From the IMG/VR virus record IMGVR_UViG_3300032132_000006, positions 1 through 63,744 of that record: 63,744 bases of DNA; one strand, written 5' to 3'. The translations under genes and the position numbers were made by a program. Below, piece after piece: positions 9,588-17,492 of this stretch (within the stretch, counting starts at the first letter, position 1; the number at the start of each line of letters is the position of its first letter). This DNA comes from a virus (lineage: Duplodnaviria; Caudoviricetes). The notes below the pieces were generated by a model. The model was not told the DNA's origin, did not search any database, and saw nothing but the letters and a program-made list of their open reading frames with translations.

Positions 9588-10514
9588 TTACTTAAAGCCT
9601 TCTAAGAAAGCCTCATGTGCTGTCTGATCCCGTCTAGCTTCACCCTCGCTGGAACTCTTGGTTGCAGCAGTGTTCATGCTTAGACGATCTCTTTTTGCCT
9701 TAGCCTTTTTAGCTGGAGCAGCACGATGTTCTTTGTACTGGTCGAGCATTTCTTTGGCGTCAGACACCTGATTGCTGTTATACAATCGGCCTTTCGAGTC
9801 AGCCCATTCAGGGTACTGCTCTAAAAAAGTAGCCATCATTATACCAGCTTCTGGATCTTTTGCACGTTTTGCCTCTTCATATCGCAGAGCTTCTGCAATA
9901 GGCGGGCCTTCAGCGTACAAATATTCATAGAATTCTTCGGTACCTACATCTGTTTTCCAGTCCTTATGCGCCTTGTTTAGCTCACGCATATCTAGCCGGT
10001 AATTGAATTCATCTTCCGACATCGACTCAGGGATAACAATCTCTGACAAGATATCTTGCTTGGTTATCTCTGCTGCCCTATTGATACCGTTATGGAATTC
10101 AGCGAACTCCTCTTTCAGCTCTGACAGCTCTTCATCGCTATCCAATAGTTCCTTTAGCTGCTTTTTGGCTTCGACAGGATCCGCAGGCTTTGCTCCCAGC
10201 TCTTGTATACGCGCCTTCAGCTCACCGTTCTTACCCTGCATCTGACGGATGGTCTTACGCATCTCTGCCATTTGCTCTGATAAGCTGGGTTCTTCAGCTT
10301 GGTCACTTTCATCACTAGCTTGGTCAGTTTCTTCTTTGGATTCAACGTCTTCGGTTATGTCAGCGACATCAGTGTCGTCAACATCAGGAGTGTCAGGAAC
10401 ACCATCAGACTCGTTAGCGAATTCAAGCGCGAATGCAGCCTGCTCTTCAGCCGCTGCCTGTGCGTCCACTTCTTCCTGTGTTTGTTCCGGTGCGCCTGTG
10501 TCTTCTTCCGTCAT
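9588..10514 (-). CDS. Capsid scaffolding protein
   Basis: Very acidic N-terminus, coiled coil, HxDW motif, AFLEGF end; directly upstream of the capsid gene. Confidence 0.75.
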   Translation of the reverse strand: MTEEDTGAPEQTQEEVDAQAAAEEQAAFALEFANESDGVPDTPDVDDTDVADITEDVESKEETDQASDESDQAEEPSLSEQMAEMRKTIRQMQGKNGELKARIQELGAKPADPVEAKKQLKELLDSDEELSELKEEFAEFHNGINRAAEITKQDILSEIVIPESMSEDEFNYRLDMRELNKAHKDWKTDVGTEEFYEYLYAEGPPIAEALRYEEAKRAKDPEAGIMMATFLEQYPEWADSKGRLYNSNQVSDAKEMLDQYKEHRAAPAKKAKAKRDRLSMNTAATKSSSEGEARRDQTAHEAFLEGFK

Positions 10515-10522
10515 CTTGCCCC

Positions 10523-10783
10523 CTATGATCTGCTCATGTTTTCTACACTTACATCAGTGTTTGGTTTAATCTTTGCTAATAGTGTACGATTTTCAGCTAT
10601 TCTACCACGTAACCAAGCTGTTTTGAACTCATCAAGAGGTTTGTCGTTTTTCTTACGCAATGTCTCTATCTCGTCCTCAAGGTATCGGATGATCTCATGG
10701 GCAGTAGTGCCGCTGTGGTTTATCTTGTTTTGATCTATCCTGCCGGCCGCAAGAGTTGGGTGTAGCTTTTGTGGTGGTTTCAT
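10523..10783 (-). CDS. Small head-module protein (type usually found between portal and scaffold)
   Basis: YLEDEIETLRKKND...TAWLRGRIAE motif; upstream of the scaffold gene. Confidence 0.6.
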   Translation of the reverse strand: MKPPQKLHPTLAAGRIDQNKINHSGTTAHEIIRYLEDEIETLRKKNDKPLDEFKTAWLRGRIAENRTLLAKIKPNTDVSVENMSRS

Positions 10784-10956
10784 TTCTGCTTAACCTCGTT
10801 GTCGGTTTCTGCTCGCAACCAACAATCAAGCAAAGCATTGTTGGCAATGTGCCAAGTGGCTGAAAGCTGAACATTACCCCTTGATACAACATCCTGATGG
10901 TCTTTTATGTGGTACATAGCCTGCTTTAATATCTCTAATCTCTCTGCGTCAGTCAT
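10780..10956 (-). CDS. Hypothetical protein, 58 aa (MTDAERLEILKQ...), not in ORF track
   Basis: GAGGAG RBS; its TGA overlaps the ATG of the next gene. Confidence 0.65.
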   Translation of the reverse strand: MTDAERLEILKQAMYHIKDHQDVVSRGNVQLSATWHIANNALLDCWLRAETDNEVKQK

Positions 10957-10957
10957 T

Positions 10958-11119
10958 TTATGTCTCCTCTACGTTACAGGTGCAGCATTCAGCTTCAGGC
11001 CAACTCTTATTAATCAAAAGCCCGTCCCATTCGCAGCAATAATGCCAGCCCTCTTTACGCTCTGCATCTGTTAGCTTTTCTCCAGTACGTTCCAGCGCTA
11101 GATACCTTTCGTCAGTCAT
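10958..11119 (-). CDS. Cys-rich hypothetical protein, 53 aa (MTDERYLALER...WHYCCEWDG...CCTC), not in ORF track
   Basis: Preceded by the repeated GAGGGG RBS element. Confidence 0.65.
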   Translation of the reverse strand: MTDERYLALERTGEKLTDAERKEGWHYCCEWDGLLINKSWPEAECCTCNVEET

Positions 11120-11138
11120 TTCATATCCCCTCTATACG

Positions 11139-11336
11139 TTATTTGTTGTGACAAGTCAGCTTGCTACATTCTTCACAAAGCAAAACAGTATTAGAATCAT
11201 GGTCTTCAAATCGACATCCGCACTCAGATATTAGCAAACTATATTCCAGAGCTTTTGCCATCCCTTCACGCCTTTTCCTTTTTTCGTAATCAGAAAAACT
11301 CTGTTCCATTGGATGTTGTATATATCGTGATGACAT
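11139..11336 (-). CDS. Small Zn-finger-like hypothetical protein
   Basis: CGC and CEEC motifs; repeated RBS element upstream. Confidence 0.6.
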   Translation of the reverse strand: MSSRYIQHPMEQSFSDYEKRKRREGMAKALEYSLLISECGCRFEDHDSNTVLLCEECSKLTCHNK

Positions 11337-11356
11337 TTCTATATCCCCTCTATGCG

Positions 11357-11524
11357 TTATACACCTAAACTTACTTCATATTGTTTCTGTCTAATTTGAT
11401 GCCTGTATTGATCAATTTGTTTATGCACTCGCGGCCTAGATTTCCTGATCTTTTCCAGCTTCTCAATTTCTTTTTGCAGCCAATCAATTTCAAGGGCATA
11501 TTGCTTCCTCTGGTAGTCATTCAT
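11357..11524 (-). CDS. Basic coiled-coil hypothetical protein, 55 aa (MNDYQRKQY...), not in ORF track
   Basis: Repeated RBS element upstream; its stop lies inside the next copy. Confidence 0.65.
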   Translation of the reverse strand: MNDYQRKQYALEIDWLQKEIEKLEKIRKSRPRVHKQIDQYRHQIRQKQYEVSLGV

Positions 11525-11540
11525 TTCTATATCCCCTCTA

Positions 11541-11720
11541 TTAAGACGTTACCGGCATCGCAGCCTCAACAACAGTTAACCCATCCAGATCGGTGACAGG
11601 GAGTGTCTTGCCATCCATCATATAAAACTCGGTGGATTGGGCGAATATGGGATACCACACGTCCCCTTCTCGCGGGTCTGTTATCCAGTACCATTTACCG
11701 TATTCAATAATATTACCCAT
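11541..11720 (-). CDS. Hypothetical protein, 59 aa (MGNIIEYGKWYW...), not in ORF track
   Basis: Repeated RBS element upstream. Confidence 0.65.
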   Translation of the reverse strand: MGNIIEYGKWYWITDPREGDVWYPIFAQSTEFYMMDGKTLPVTDLDGLTVVEAAMPVTS

Positions 11721-11722
11721 TT

Positions 11723-11965
11723 CTATATCCCCTCAATCAACTTAATCTTATCAGTTGGCACAGACCCTCCTATGCCGTTCTTGAGCGCCATGTACAGTGT
11801 AGTCTCGTCAGGAAACTGTGCGACCATGCCACCTTCGAGGTATTCGATTACATGCGGTGAGTCTTTAATCTTAGCTGGCACCTCATCTGGAGGGACTACA
11901 TCCCATGTGGCACCGTCTTCGCTTTTAAATATAATTAACTCTACTAACCCTAGATCCATGCTCAT
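11723..11965 (-). CDS. Hypothetical protein
   Basis: RBS present; tightly packed in the operon. Confidence 0.6.
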   Translation of the reverse strand: MSMDLGLVELIIFKSEDGATWDVVPPDEVPAKIKDSPHVIEYLEGGMVAQFPDETTLYMALKNGIGGSVPTDKIKLIEGI

Positions 11966-12177
11966 TTTCTACCCCTCTTGGTTAATCTATCTCTACGACA
12001 AGGAAGGCGAGACCTTACTTCATCAAAGTATCCTCTGGAGCCTAGATACCACTTACTCTTCTTAATCTGCCAGCGCCAGTCGTCCCTTGTCTCAACTAGC
12101 CTGAACGATTCGACGCAACCTATACATAAGTCATTAAGGCTCTGGATATCGTATTGGCTAATGGGCACAAAGCTCAT
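11962..12177 (-). CDS. Hypothetical protein
   Basis: ATGA overlaps on both sides. Confidence 0.55.
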   Translation of the reverse strand: MSFVPISQYDIQSLNDLCIGCVESFRLVETRDDWRWQIKKSKWYLGSRGYFDEVRSRLPCRRDRLTKRGRK

Positions 12178-12488
12178 TTTCGTTTAAACCTCACGTAGAC
12201 TACATTCTCTTCTCTGGCCAATACTTCACCCCTGTCATTCCATAAGAACTCTCTTTTAGGGTCACCGTCCTCATTAAGCTCCCGCATCCATCCATCGACA
12301 TCAAATGTCCATTCTATATCTGAGTTGTCCCATTCCTGATCTATCCATGGTTCTACTCTTGTTGTTGCCGCTCCAAAGATATGCTGCTCTGGTAGAGCGT
12401 CAAGGAAGTCATAACCATTGGTCTGCCGGTCACGCTCGTCTACTCTGGCCCAAAATGTCTTGAGGAAGTCAGTCATCGAGAACTTCAT
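12174..12488 (-). CDS. Hypothetical protein
   Basis: GGAGG RBS; operon packing. Confidence 0.6.
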   Translation of the reverse strand: MKFSMTDFLKTFWARVDERDRQTNGYDFLDALPEQHIFGAATTRVEPWIDQEWDNSDIEWTFDVDGWMRELNEDGDPKREFLWNDRGEVLAREENVVYVRFKRK

Positions 12489-12651
12489 TGGTCGCCTCCC
12501 TTTGGAGGGTCATGGTCTCTTTTGCTAACCGCACCATCTCTTCGTGTATATATCTTTTTATTCGGTTGTTAGGCGTACCTTGCAATATCTCGAAGTCATC
12601 ACGGATCTTATCCTTCAGAAACTCCGAATACTGATCCCGCTCTTTAGTCAT
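12469..12651 (-). CDS. Hypothetical protein
   Basis: Operon packing. Confidence 0.55.
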   Translation of the reverse strand: MTKERDQYSEFLKDKIRDDFEILQGTPNNRIKRYIHEEMVRLAKETMTLQREATNEVLDD

Positions 12652-12844
12652 CCTCTTCTACCTCGATGTACATGGATAAAGCTTTCTCATGATAGTCCAT
12701 AGTAATGTAACTAAGCACGCCCAACACTTCAAGGGCCGTCATATGCTCTGGGGCTATCTCATTAATAACCGTCTGTATTGCCAGCACTAGGTTGACCGAG
12801 TGTGGCCTACTTCCTGCGGTCTCAAGCTCAATTACTTCGCCCAT
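12644..12844 (-). CDS. Hypothetical protein (start MGEVIEL)
   Basis: GGAG RBS before ATG 12844. Confidence 0.6.
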   Translation of the reverse strand: MGEVIELETAGSRPHSVNLVLAIQTVINEIAPEHMTALEVLGVLSYITMDYHEKALSMYIEVEEDD

Positions 12845-12870
12845 AGTATTCTCCAATCTAAAACTACATC

Positions 12871-13068
12871 TTACCACAATGTCCTCTTGTCGGCTGCGGT
12901 AGATTCATACACCTCCCAGACTTTCTTCTGCCACGTTGCAACAAGCTCAACCATCTGTTCATATTGCAGGTCGCGTAGTGGTACTTTTATGAGATCCTCT
13001 CCCCTCCAGAAAATAACAGATGTAGGAACAACAAACCCATCTGTCTCAAGATCTACTGATATCTTCAT
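12871..13068 (-). CDS. Hypothetical protein
   Basis: ATGA overlap. Confidence 0.55.
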   Translation of the reverse strand: MKISVDLETDGFVVPTSVIFWRGEDLIKVPLRDLQYEQMVELVATWQKKVWEVYESTAADKRTLW

Positions 13069-13289
13069 CTCAGCTTCCCTTTCATTAAATTCCAGCCATT
13101 AATCAGTGCCGCCGCCGTAAACATAATCGCTATGCCACCCAGCACTATAGCGAAGCCGCCCCAGAAAGGCATAGTGACATACCACCACGACCACGTAATT
13201 ACGCCCGTTAGCTTTAGCGTCACGAACACTACGCCCAATAAACCCAGAACACCTATACCGCCGCTTCTTGAATTGTTTTTCTCACTCAT
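13065..13289 (-). CDS. Small phage membrane protein
   Basis: GIGVLGLLGVVFVTLKLTGVITWSWWYV.MP.W, a widespread phage membrane-protein pattern. Confidence 0.75.
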   Translation of the reverse strand: MSEKNNSRSGGIGVLGLLGVVFVTLKLTGVITWSWWYVTMPFWGGFAIVLGGIAIMFTAAALINGWNLMKGKLR

Positions 13290-13298
13290 AATTTATTC

Positions 13299-13502
13299 CT
13301 AATTAGTCCACATTATAAAACAAAGAAAGCCTAACCATAGGCCATTGATCGCCATGCTTAGGACTGAACTCACCATACATACCACCAGACTAAACAATGT
13401 TAGCGCTGGCATTTCACTTGGACTCTCGGTTGTCTTGATAATTCCCATGCACAACATAAATATTAATGCTGATACCAAGAACCCTATGATCGCTGTTGTC
13501 AT
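13299..13502 (-). CDS. Small membrane protein
   Basis: Two hydrophobic segments. Confidence 0.55.
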   Translation of the reverse strand: MTTAIIGFLVSALIFMLCMGIIKTTESPSEMPALTLFSLVVCMVSSVLSMAINGLWLGFLCFIMWTN

Positions 13503-13688
13503 AACTTGCTCCTATTGTAAAACCATGCGGATCCCCACCTAGCTGGATCAAACTCATCAAACACCCTTAACTTTGACCCCTTACCCCTAGAGCTTAGCCT
13601 AGACGCCACCAGATCCTTGGGCCTGATACCGCTAGAGCAGACAACGACCATCATAACGAATGACCTCTGCCTGCCATGGCCCCAGTTT

Positions 13689-13880
13689 CTACTCCTCATT
13701 GAGCCAAGAGTTTTCAAAGTTAGCGTTAGATAATTCTATTGCAAGCTTTCTCACTCCCTCATTGGGAGGAATGTCACCAGTAACGTAGTCAATCAGCTCC
13801 ATAAACGTTTTATACTCTTCGATTGTTTCGAGTACTATGCTGGCTGGCTGGTATACGTGCTTATGTTCTAACTTCATCAT
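13689..13880 (-). CDS. Hypothetical protein
   Basis: GGAG RBS right after ssb. Confidence 0.6.
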   Translation of the reverse strand: MMKLEHKHVYQPASIVLETIEEYKTFMELIDYVTGDIPPNEGVRKLAIELSNANFENSWLNEE

Positions 13881-13886
13881 TATCTC

Positions 13887-14207
13887 CTAAAAAGGGATGT
13901 CATCATCAAAGTTTTCTTGATGTGCCTGCTGCTGAGGAGCCTGCTGATACTGTTGTTGGGGTTGTTGGGGTTGTGCACCATCAGTCCAAAACACACTGGC
14001 GTTACCCAGTATAGGAGTCTTGGCATCTTTGGCCTCGTCCTGTCGCTTGCTATGAGTGATCATGCCATTATTTTCGTACTGATCCTTGTTATCGACATCT
14101 ACAAATGCCGTCATGTTTAAATACGTTTTACCGTTCTTGTGTTTAACTAAACGGCTCTTGTCGATTGCTGTTACATCGATTGATAATCCGATTCCGTATG
14201 TTGCCAT
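13887..14207 (-). CDS. ssb: Single-stranded DNA-binding protein
   Basis: IDV..IDKS.L...KNGKTYL and PILGN motifs, Q-rich linker, C-terminal DDDIPF tail. Confidence 0.8.
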   Translation of the reverse strand: MATYGIGLSIDVTAIDKSRLVKHKNGKTYLNMTAFVDVDNKDQYENNGMITHSKRQDEAKDAKTPILGNASVFWTDGAQPQQPQQQYQQAPQQQAHQENFDDDIPF

Positions 14208-14228
14208 TTTCTTACTCCAGTTTAAGTT

Positions 14229-14477
14229 TTAAGTTGGTTCTGCTTCCACAATAGTAACTTCCCCGTTGACCCGCTTAAGCGTCCAATCAGTCTCGCGTAA
14301 ATCGAAGCCGTATATTTTCGACATTTCTGCCCACCATTCAGACTCATCTTTTAGCAATGTTTCTTCTCGATTTGCCGCAAAGCACAGCGCTATCTTTGTT
14401 GTGGCCTCCACTGCTCTGCGTGCTTCGTGTATGCTGTCCATTGTTTCTATTTGTTTTGCGGTAAGCTTCATATTCAT
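14229..14477 (-). CDS. Hypothetical protein
   Basis: ATG 14477 is in frame with the track ORF. Confidence 0.55.
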   Translation of the reverse strand: MNMKLTAKQIETMDSIHEARRAVEATTKIALCFAANREETLLKDESEWWAEMSKIYGFDLRETDWTLKRVNGEVTIVEAEPT

Positions 14478-14637
14478 CTCTCTTTGGTTACTGTAGGTGT
14501 CATAATCCGTTGATTTGAGAACTGTAGTGTTCAAATTGTTGGCTCAGTCGGTATTAATACTACCCATATGTCTCATAAAACGATCATATAGCTGCAATAT
14601 GCTCTATTGGTGGCACACTCTATATCCCCTCTATACG

Positions 14638-14997
14638 TTAAGATGTTTCATAGATATTGCCAATGACTTCAATGCAGTCCTTTTTCAGAGCGAGCTGTCT
14701 CTTACGCTGAAGCTCCACGATGTTCGTTAAAAACGCCCTATCTGATTGTCGCGCCCAAAATGCGCCATCAATGAACTGGATTGACCACTTAAATTTGCCG
14801 TCAGAAAGGATGTCACCTTCATAAATCTCAACACCGTTCTTATCCTTTATTCCGGTGTATTGCATTAATGCACCTGCTTGAGCCTCATTAGTCCACGCAG
14901 TTCCATGATAGTTTTTCTTTATTGCGTCTCCACGAATAACAGAAACATCTTTATGCATTGCTTCGCCATCCCAAGCCCTAAACTTAACCTCATTCAT
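14638..14997 (-). CDS. YopX-family protein
   Basis: KFRAWD, LMQYTGIKDKNGVEIYEGDI and EVIGNIYE motifs. Confidence 0.9.
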   Translation of the reverse strand: MNEVKFRAWDGEAMHKDVSVIRGDAIKKNYHGTAWTNEAQAGALMQYTGIKDKNGVEIYEGDILSDGKFKWSIQFIDGAFWARQSDRAFLTNIVELQRKRQLALKKDCIEVIGNIYETS

Positions 14998-15009
14998 TTC
15001 TATATCCTC

Positions 15010-15246
15010 CTACCAGACTGTTTCCCATGGACCCTCGGACGCTCTTGCCTTCTGCCCACAGTCATCACATTCAAACAACCACAGATTGCCAAGGTATGGG
15101 TTTAGCTCCCAGATATCTGAGACATTTTTGTGGTCACAGTATTTATAAAATAATCCATTCTTGTCCTTGAGTTTTAGACAGTCTCTACACTGAATAATTC
15201 CATCTTTACATACATTTAAGTGGCCGTGCTGACAATCACTCATCAT
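15010..15246 (-). CDS. Zn-ribbon hypothetical protein
   Basis: CxH and CxxC motifs, each twice. Confidence 0.55.
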   Translation of the reverse strand: MMSDCQHGHLNVCKDGIIQCRDCLKLKDKNGLFYKYCDHKNVSDIWELNPYLGNLWLFECDDCGQKARASEGPWETVW

Positions 15247-15472
15247 CGCGCCCCTTGGGCTTCCACTCTGGCCATGTTGCTTCTAGCTCTCTACGCATCT
15301 TTATATTTTCCTCTTTGAGTTCGTGCATGCGCTTCTCCACCTTAGCAATATCAATAGCCCCATGTACTATATGCCAATCTGACCACGCCACGACTAAAAT
15401 ACTAATGGCTGGAGCGGATATCATTACAAAAACCAAGCCCCAGAAAATCATCTCGTTCATGCTGCACTCCAT
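15236..15472 (-). CDS. Membrane-anchored coiled-coil protein
   Basis: N-terminal TM helix followed by a coiled coil. Confidence 0.55.
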   Translation of the reverse strand: MECSMNEMIFWGLVFVMISAPAISILVVAWSDWHIVHGAIDIAKVEKRMHELKEENIKMRRELEATWPEWKPKGRDDE

Positions 15473-15822
15473 AACTCATTCAGTCGATTATTCAGGATGC
15501 ACACAGAGCGCTCTCTGGCGTTCATAGGCCAAGGGGAGGATTCCCTAGCCTGTTGCTGCACCCTGTTGTAGATCGGTGCGCTACTGGCCTGAAATTGGCC
15601 CAGCTCCCACGCTACGGTATGCTTACCCTCCCTACTGAATGCGACCTTCCCCGATGCTTGGTCTTTCAGCTTACGAACTACCCACGATGATTGCGTCTTG
15701 CTTAGGCCAAATACGCTATTAACTTCTTTCAGGGTGACCTTTCGCTTCTCACGTATGTACCTGACTACGGACTCATCTAGCTTGGACAGGCTCTTGGTTC
15801 CATGCTTGCCTTTGCTCATCAC
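15457..15822 (-). CDS. Putative winged-HTH DNA-binding protein
   Basis: YIREKRKVTLKEV...FGLSKTQSSWVVRKL, DeoR-like wHTH pattern. Confidence 0.55.
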   Translation of the reverse strand: MMSKGKHGTKSLSKLDESVVRYIREKRKVTLKEVNSVFGLSKTQSSWVVRKLKDQASGKVAFSREGKHTVAWELGQFQASSAPIYNRVQQQARESSPWPMNARERSVCILNNRLNELWSAA

Positions 15823-15950
15823 TTCACCTCCTCAACCTGACAAACAGGAGGGTTAATCGAATGTATCAGCGCGTCTTGTAGGTCAGGCTCACCAGCAAAC
15901 AGGAAAACAAACAACCCAAGCACCAGAATCAACCAAGTATCACTATCCAT
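15819..15950 (-). CDS. 43-aa membrane peptide (MDSDTWLILVLGLFVFLFAGEPDL...), not in ORF track
   Basis: GGAGG RBS; overlaps neighbouring stop and start. Confidence 0.55.
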   Translation of the reverse strand: MDSDTWLILVLGLFVFLFAGEPDLQDALIHSINPPVCQVEEVK

Positions 15951-16339
15951 CACCCCACCTCCGTAAAGCTAGCAAGTGCCCTGCCGTGGAGTTCTGCTGC
16001 TTCTTCGGTTAGGTGTAGTAAGCCCCTATCGCGAATCCTTACATCAACAGTATCGTCATTCCATACGTAGCTATTTGCAATGTCCTCATTCTCAAAGTTG
16101 GGATGGTAATAGCTCTGGCCTATCTCCATCTCCCCTCTATACGGTTCAGGGACTTCGAGGCCGTTGATATTGATGGTTTTGGGCTTGCGTCGGTACTTGC
16201 CGTTTATAGACCATGCGGGATGGTCTGACAGTGAGATAGGGCCACTACCAGTGTTAATCTCCCACAACTCCCAAGGCTTATCGGTAGTCATTGCATCCTC
16301 GGCGTACTGTTTCATTAACTCAGCGTGTACGTGTTTCAT
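15950..16339 (-). CDS. Conserved phage hypothetical protein
   Basis: MKHVHAELMKQYAEDAM..DKPWELWE and YRRKPKTI.ING.EVPEP patterns known from proteobacterial phages. Confidence 0.75.
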   Translation of the reverse strand: MKHVHAELMKQYAEDAMTTDKPWELWEINTGSGPISLSDHPAWSINGKYRRKPKTININGLEVPEPYRGEMEIGQSYYHPNFENEDIANSYVWNDDTVDVRIRDRGLLHLTEEAAELHGRALASFTEVG

Positions 16340-16653
16340 ATCTTCACCGTTATTAAACCAGATTTAATTGCTGTCATCATAGACTCAAATGCATCATCCG
16401 ATGGCTTGGGTTTTTTCCGTAGTGATGACTGAGCGAAATACCCAGACCAGCCCTCTACTCTGTCTATAGCAGATATGTCGAGCCAGTATGAATACTGACT
16501 GGTTGCCTTCAGCCAATGCTGTCCGCAGTGTGGACTAGTCCAGCCGACAATATGCGGAGCCTCGGCCTCCAGAACAATTGCCGGCCCGTCGAATTGAGGT
16601 TGATTTGGCACCGCTACGATAACCTCTTCGCCTACCTGAAAGTATTGAGTCAT
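16336..16653 (-). CDS. Hypothetical protein (SH3-like)
   Basis: FQVGEEV start; GGAG RBS before ATG 16653. Confidence 0.55.
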   Translation of the reverse strand: MTQYFQVGEEVIVAVPNQPQFDGPAIVLEAEAPHIVGWTSPHCGQHWLKATSQYSYWLDISAIDRVEGWSGYFAQSSLRKKPKPSDDAFESMMTAIKSGLITVKI

Positions 16654-16655
16654 GG

Positions 16656-17246
16656 CTAAATCTCCTTGGCCACGCCACAAGCCACGCACTGCTTCCAAAA
16701 TTCTGCGTGAGATACGTTATCGCTTTTATTGTAGCGATTTCTTAAGGCGTAATAGACAATCTTATTTAGGTCATAATCGTCATCGTGCTTATCTCTGCAT
16801 AGCGCCTTGAAAATATCCTTCTGATTACCATCAAAATCAAACACATCACTAATGTCGCCCACCTCAACATCAACAGTACGATACATTGCCCTGTCTGCGG
16901 TCATGGGTAGGCTTAAACTCTTGCGATATTGGCTTGGAGTAGATCCCCCTACCTGCTGATCAAGTGGGGATATAGCCTCATACTTGGCCCTGTCCTGCTC
17001 TACCTTGTCAATATGCTCTTGTCTTACCGCAGCATTGACCCTCCTATGCTCTTTCATTCGCCTAAAATACCCATTACTACTACTATCCAGAGGCTTGTCA
17101 TCAGGTGGGGACAATATCTCTTTGAGTCGAGTTTCAGCATTATGTTTATCTATTTGGTTTTGATGCTCTTTTGATATAGGCGTGTAGAACATATCAGCTA
17201 GATGCTCTGGTTGATCAAATTTGTTGTAGTCTCGTGGATCGGTCAT
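16656..17246 (-). CDS. Hypothetical protein with a DUF3310-like C-terminal region
   Basis: LDQQVGG, KALCR and DLNKIVYY resemble DUF3310/SaV-like motifs. Confidence 0.45.
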   Translation of the reverse strand: MTDPRDYNKFDQPEHLADMFYTPISKEHQNQIDKHNAETRLKEILSPPDDKPLDSSSNGYFRRMKEHRRVNAAVRQEHIDKVEQDRAKYEAISPLDQQVGGSTPSQYRKSLSLPMTADRAMYRTVDVEVGDISDVFDFDGNQKDIFKALCRDKHDDDYDLNKIVYYALRNRYNKSDNVSHAEFWKQCVACGVAKEI

Positions 17247-17412
17247 TGTGTTCTCCCCGTTGATTGTGGTCGGGAAGGTAGGATTCTAACCTACTCAGCT
17301 CTCGCGTCGGTTTTACAGACCGATGTGGCTCTACAACTCCACCGCTTCCCGAATTAAAGTTGGTGTGGACGACTCCATAGACTCCACCATAGGATCTACC
17401 GCTTAGGCTCAT
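17215..17412 (-). CDS. Hypothetical protein
   Basis: AAGGGA RBS before ATG 17412. Confidence 0.4.
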   Translation of the reverse strand: MSLSGRSYGGVYGVVHTNFNSGSGGVVEPHRSVKPTRELSRLESYLPDHNQRGEHNDRSTRLQQI

Positions 17413-17492
17413 CACTTCCCTTGCGACACCAACATATATAGTAAACCACATATAGGGCAGATTTACTAGGGATTTGTGCTTATAAAAGAGGA

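Larger units (their letters stand above)
10954..15012 (-). repeat. Dispersed intergenic repeat, consensus TAACGTATAGAGGGGATATAGAA(ATG)
   Basis: Copies at about 11117-11141, 11334-11359, 11522-11543, 11718-11735, 14616-14640 and 14995-15012; degenerate copies at 10954-10976 and 11963-11978. Confidence 0.85.

Noticed and set aside
10954-15012. The intergenic repeat as a CRISPR array or integron attC sites
   Set aside because: Spacing is irregular and gene-sized, the repeats are non-palindromic SD-containing sequences, and no cas or integrase gene is present
16131-16143. 13-nt match to the boundary repeat (CGTATAGAGGGGA on -)
   Set aside because: It lies inside a conserved ORF (PYRGE); probably chance
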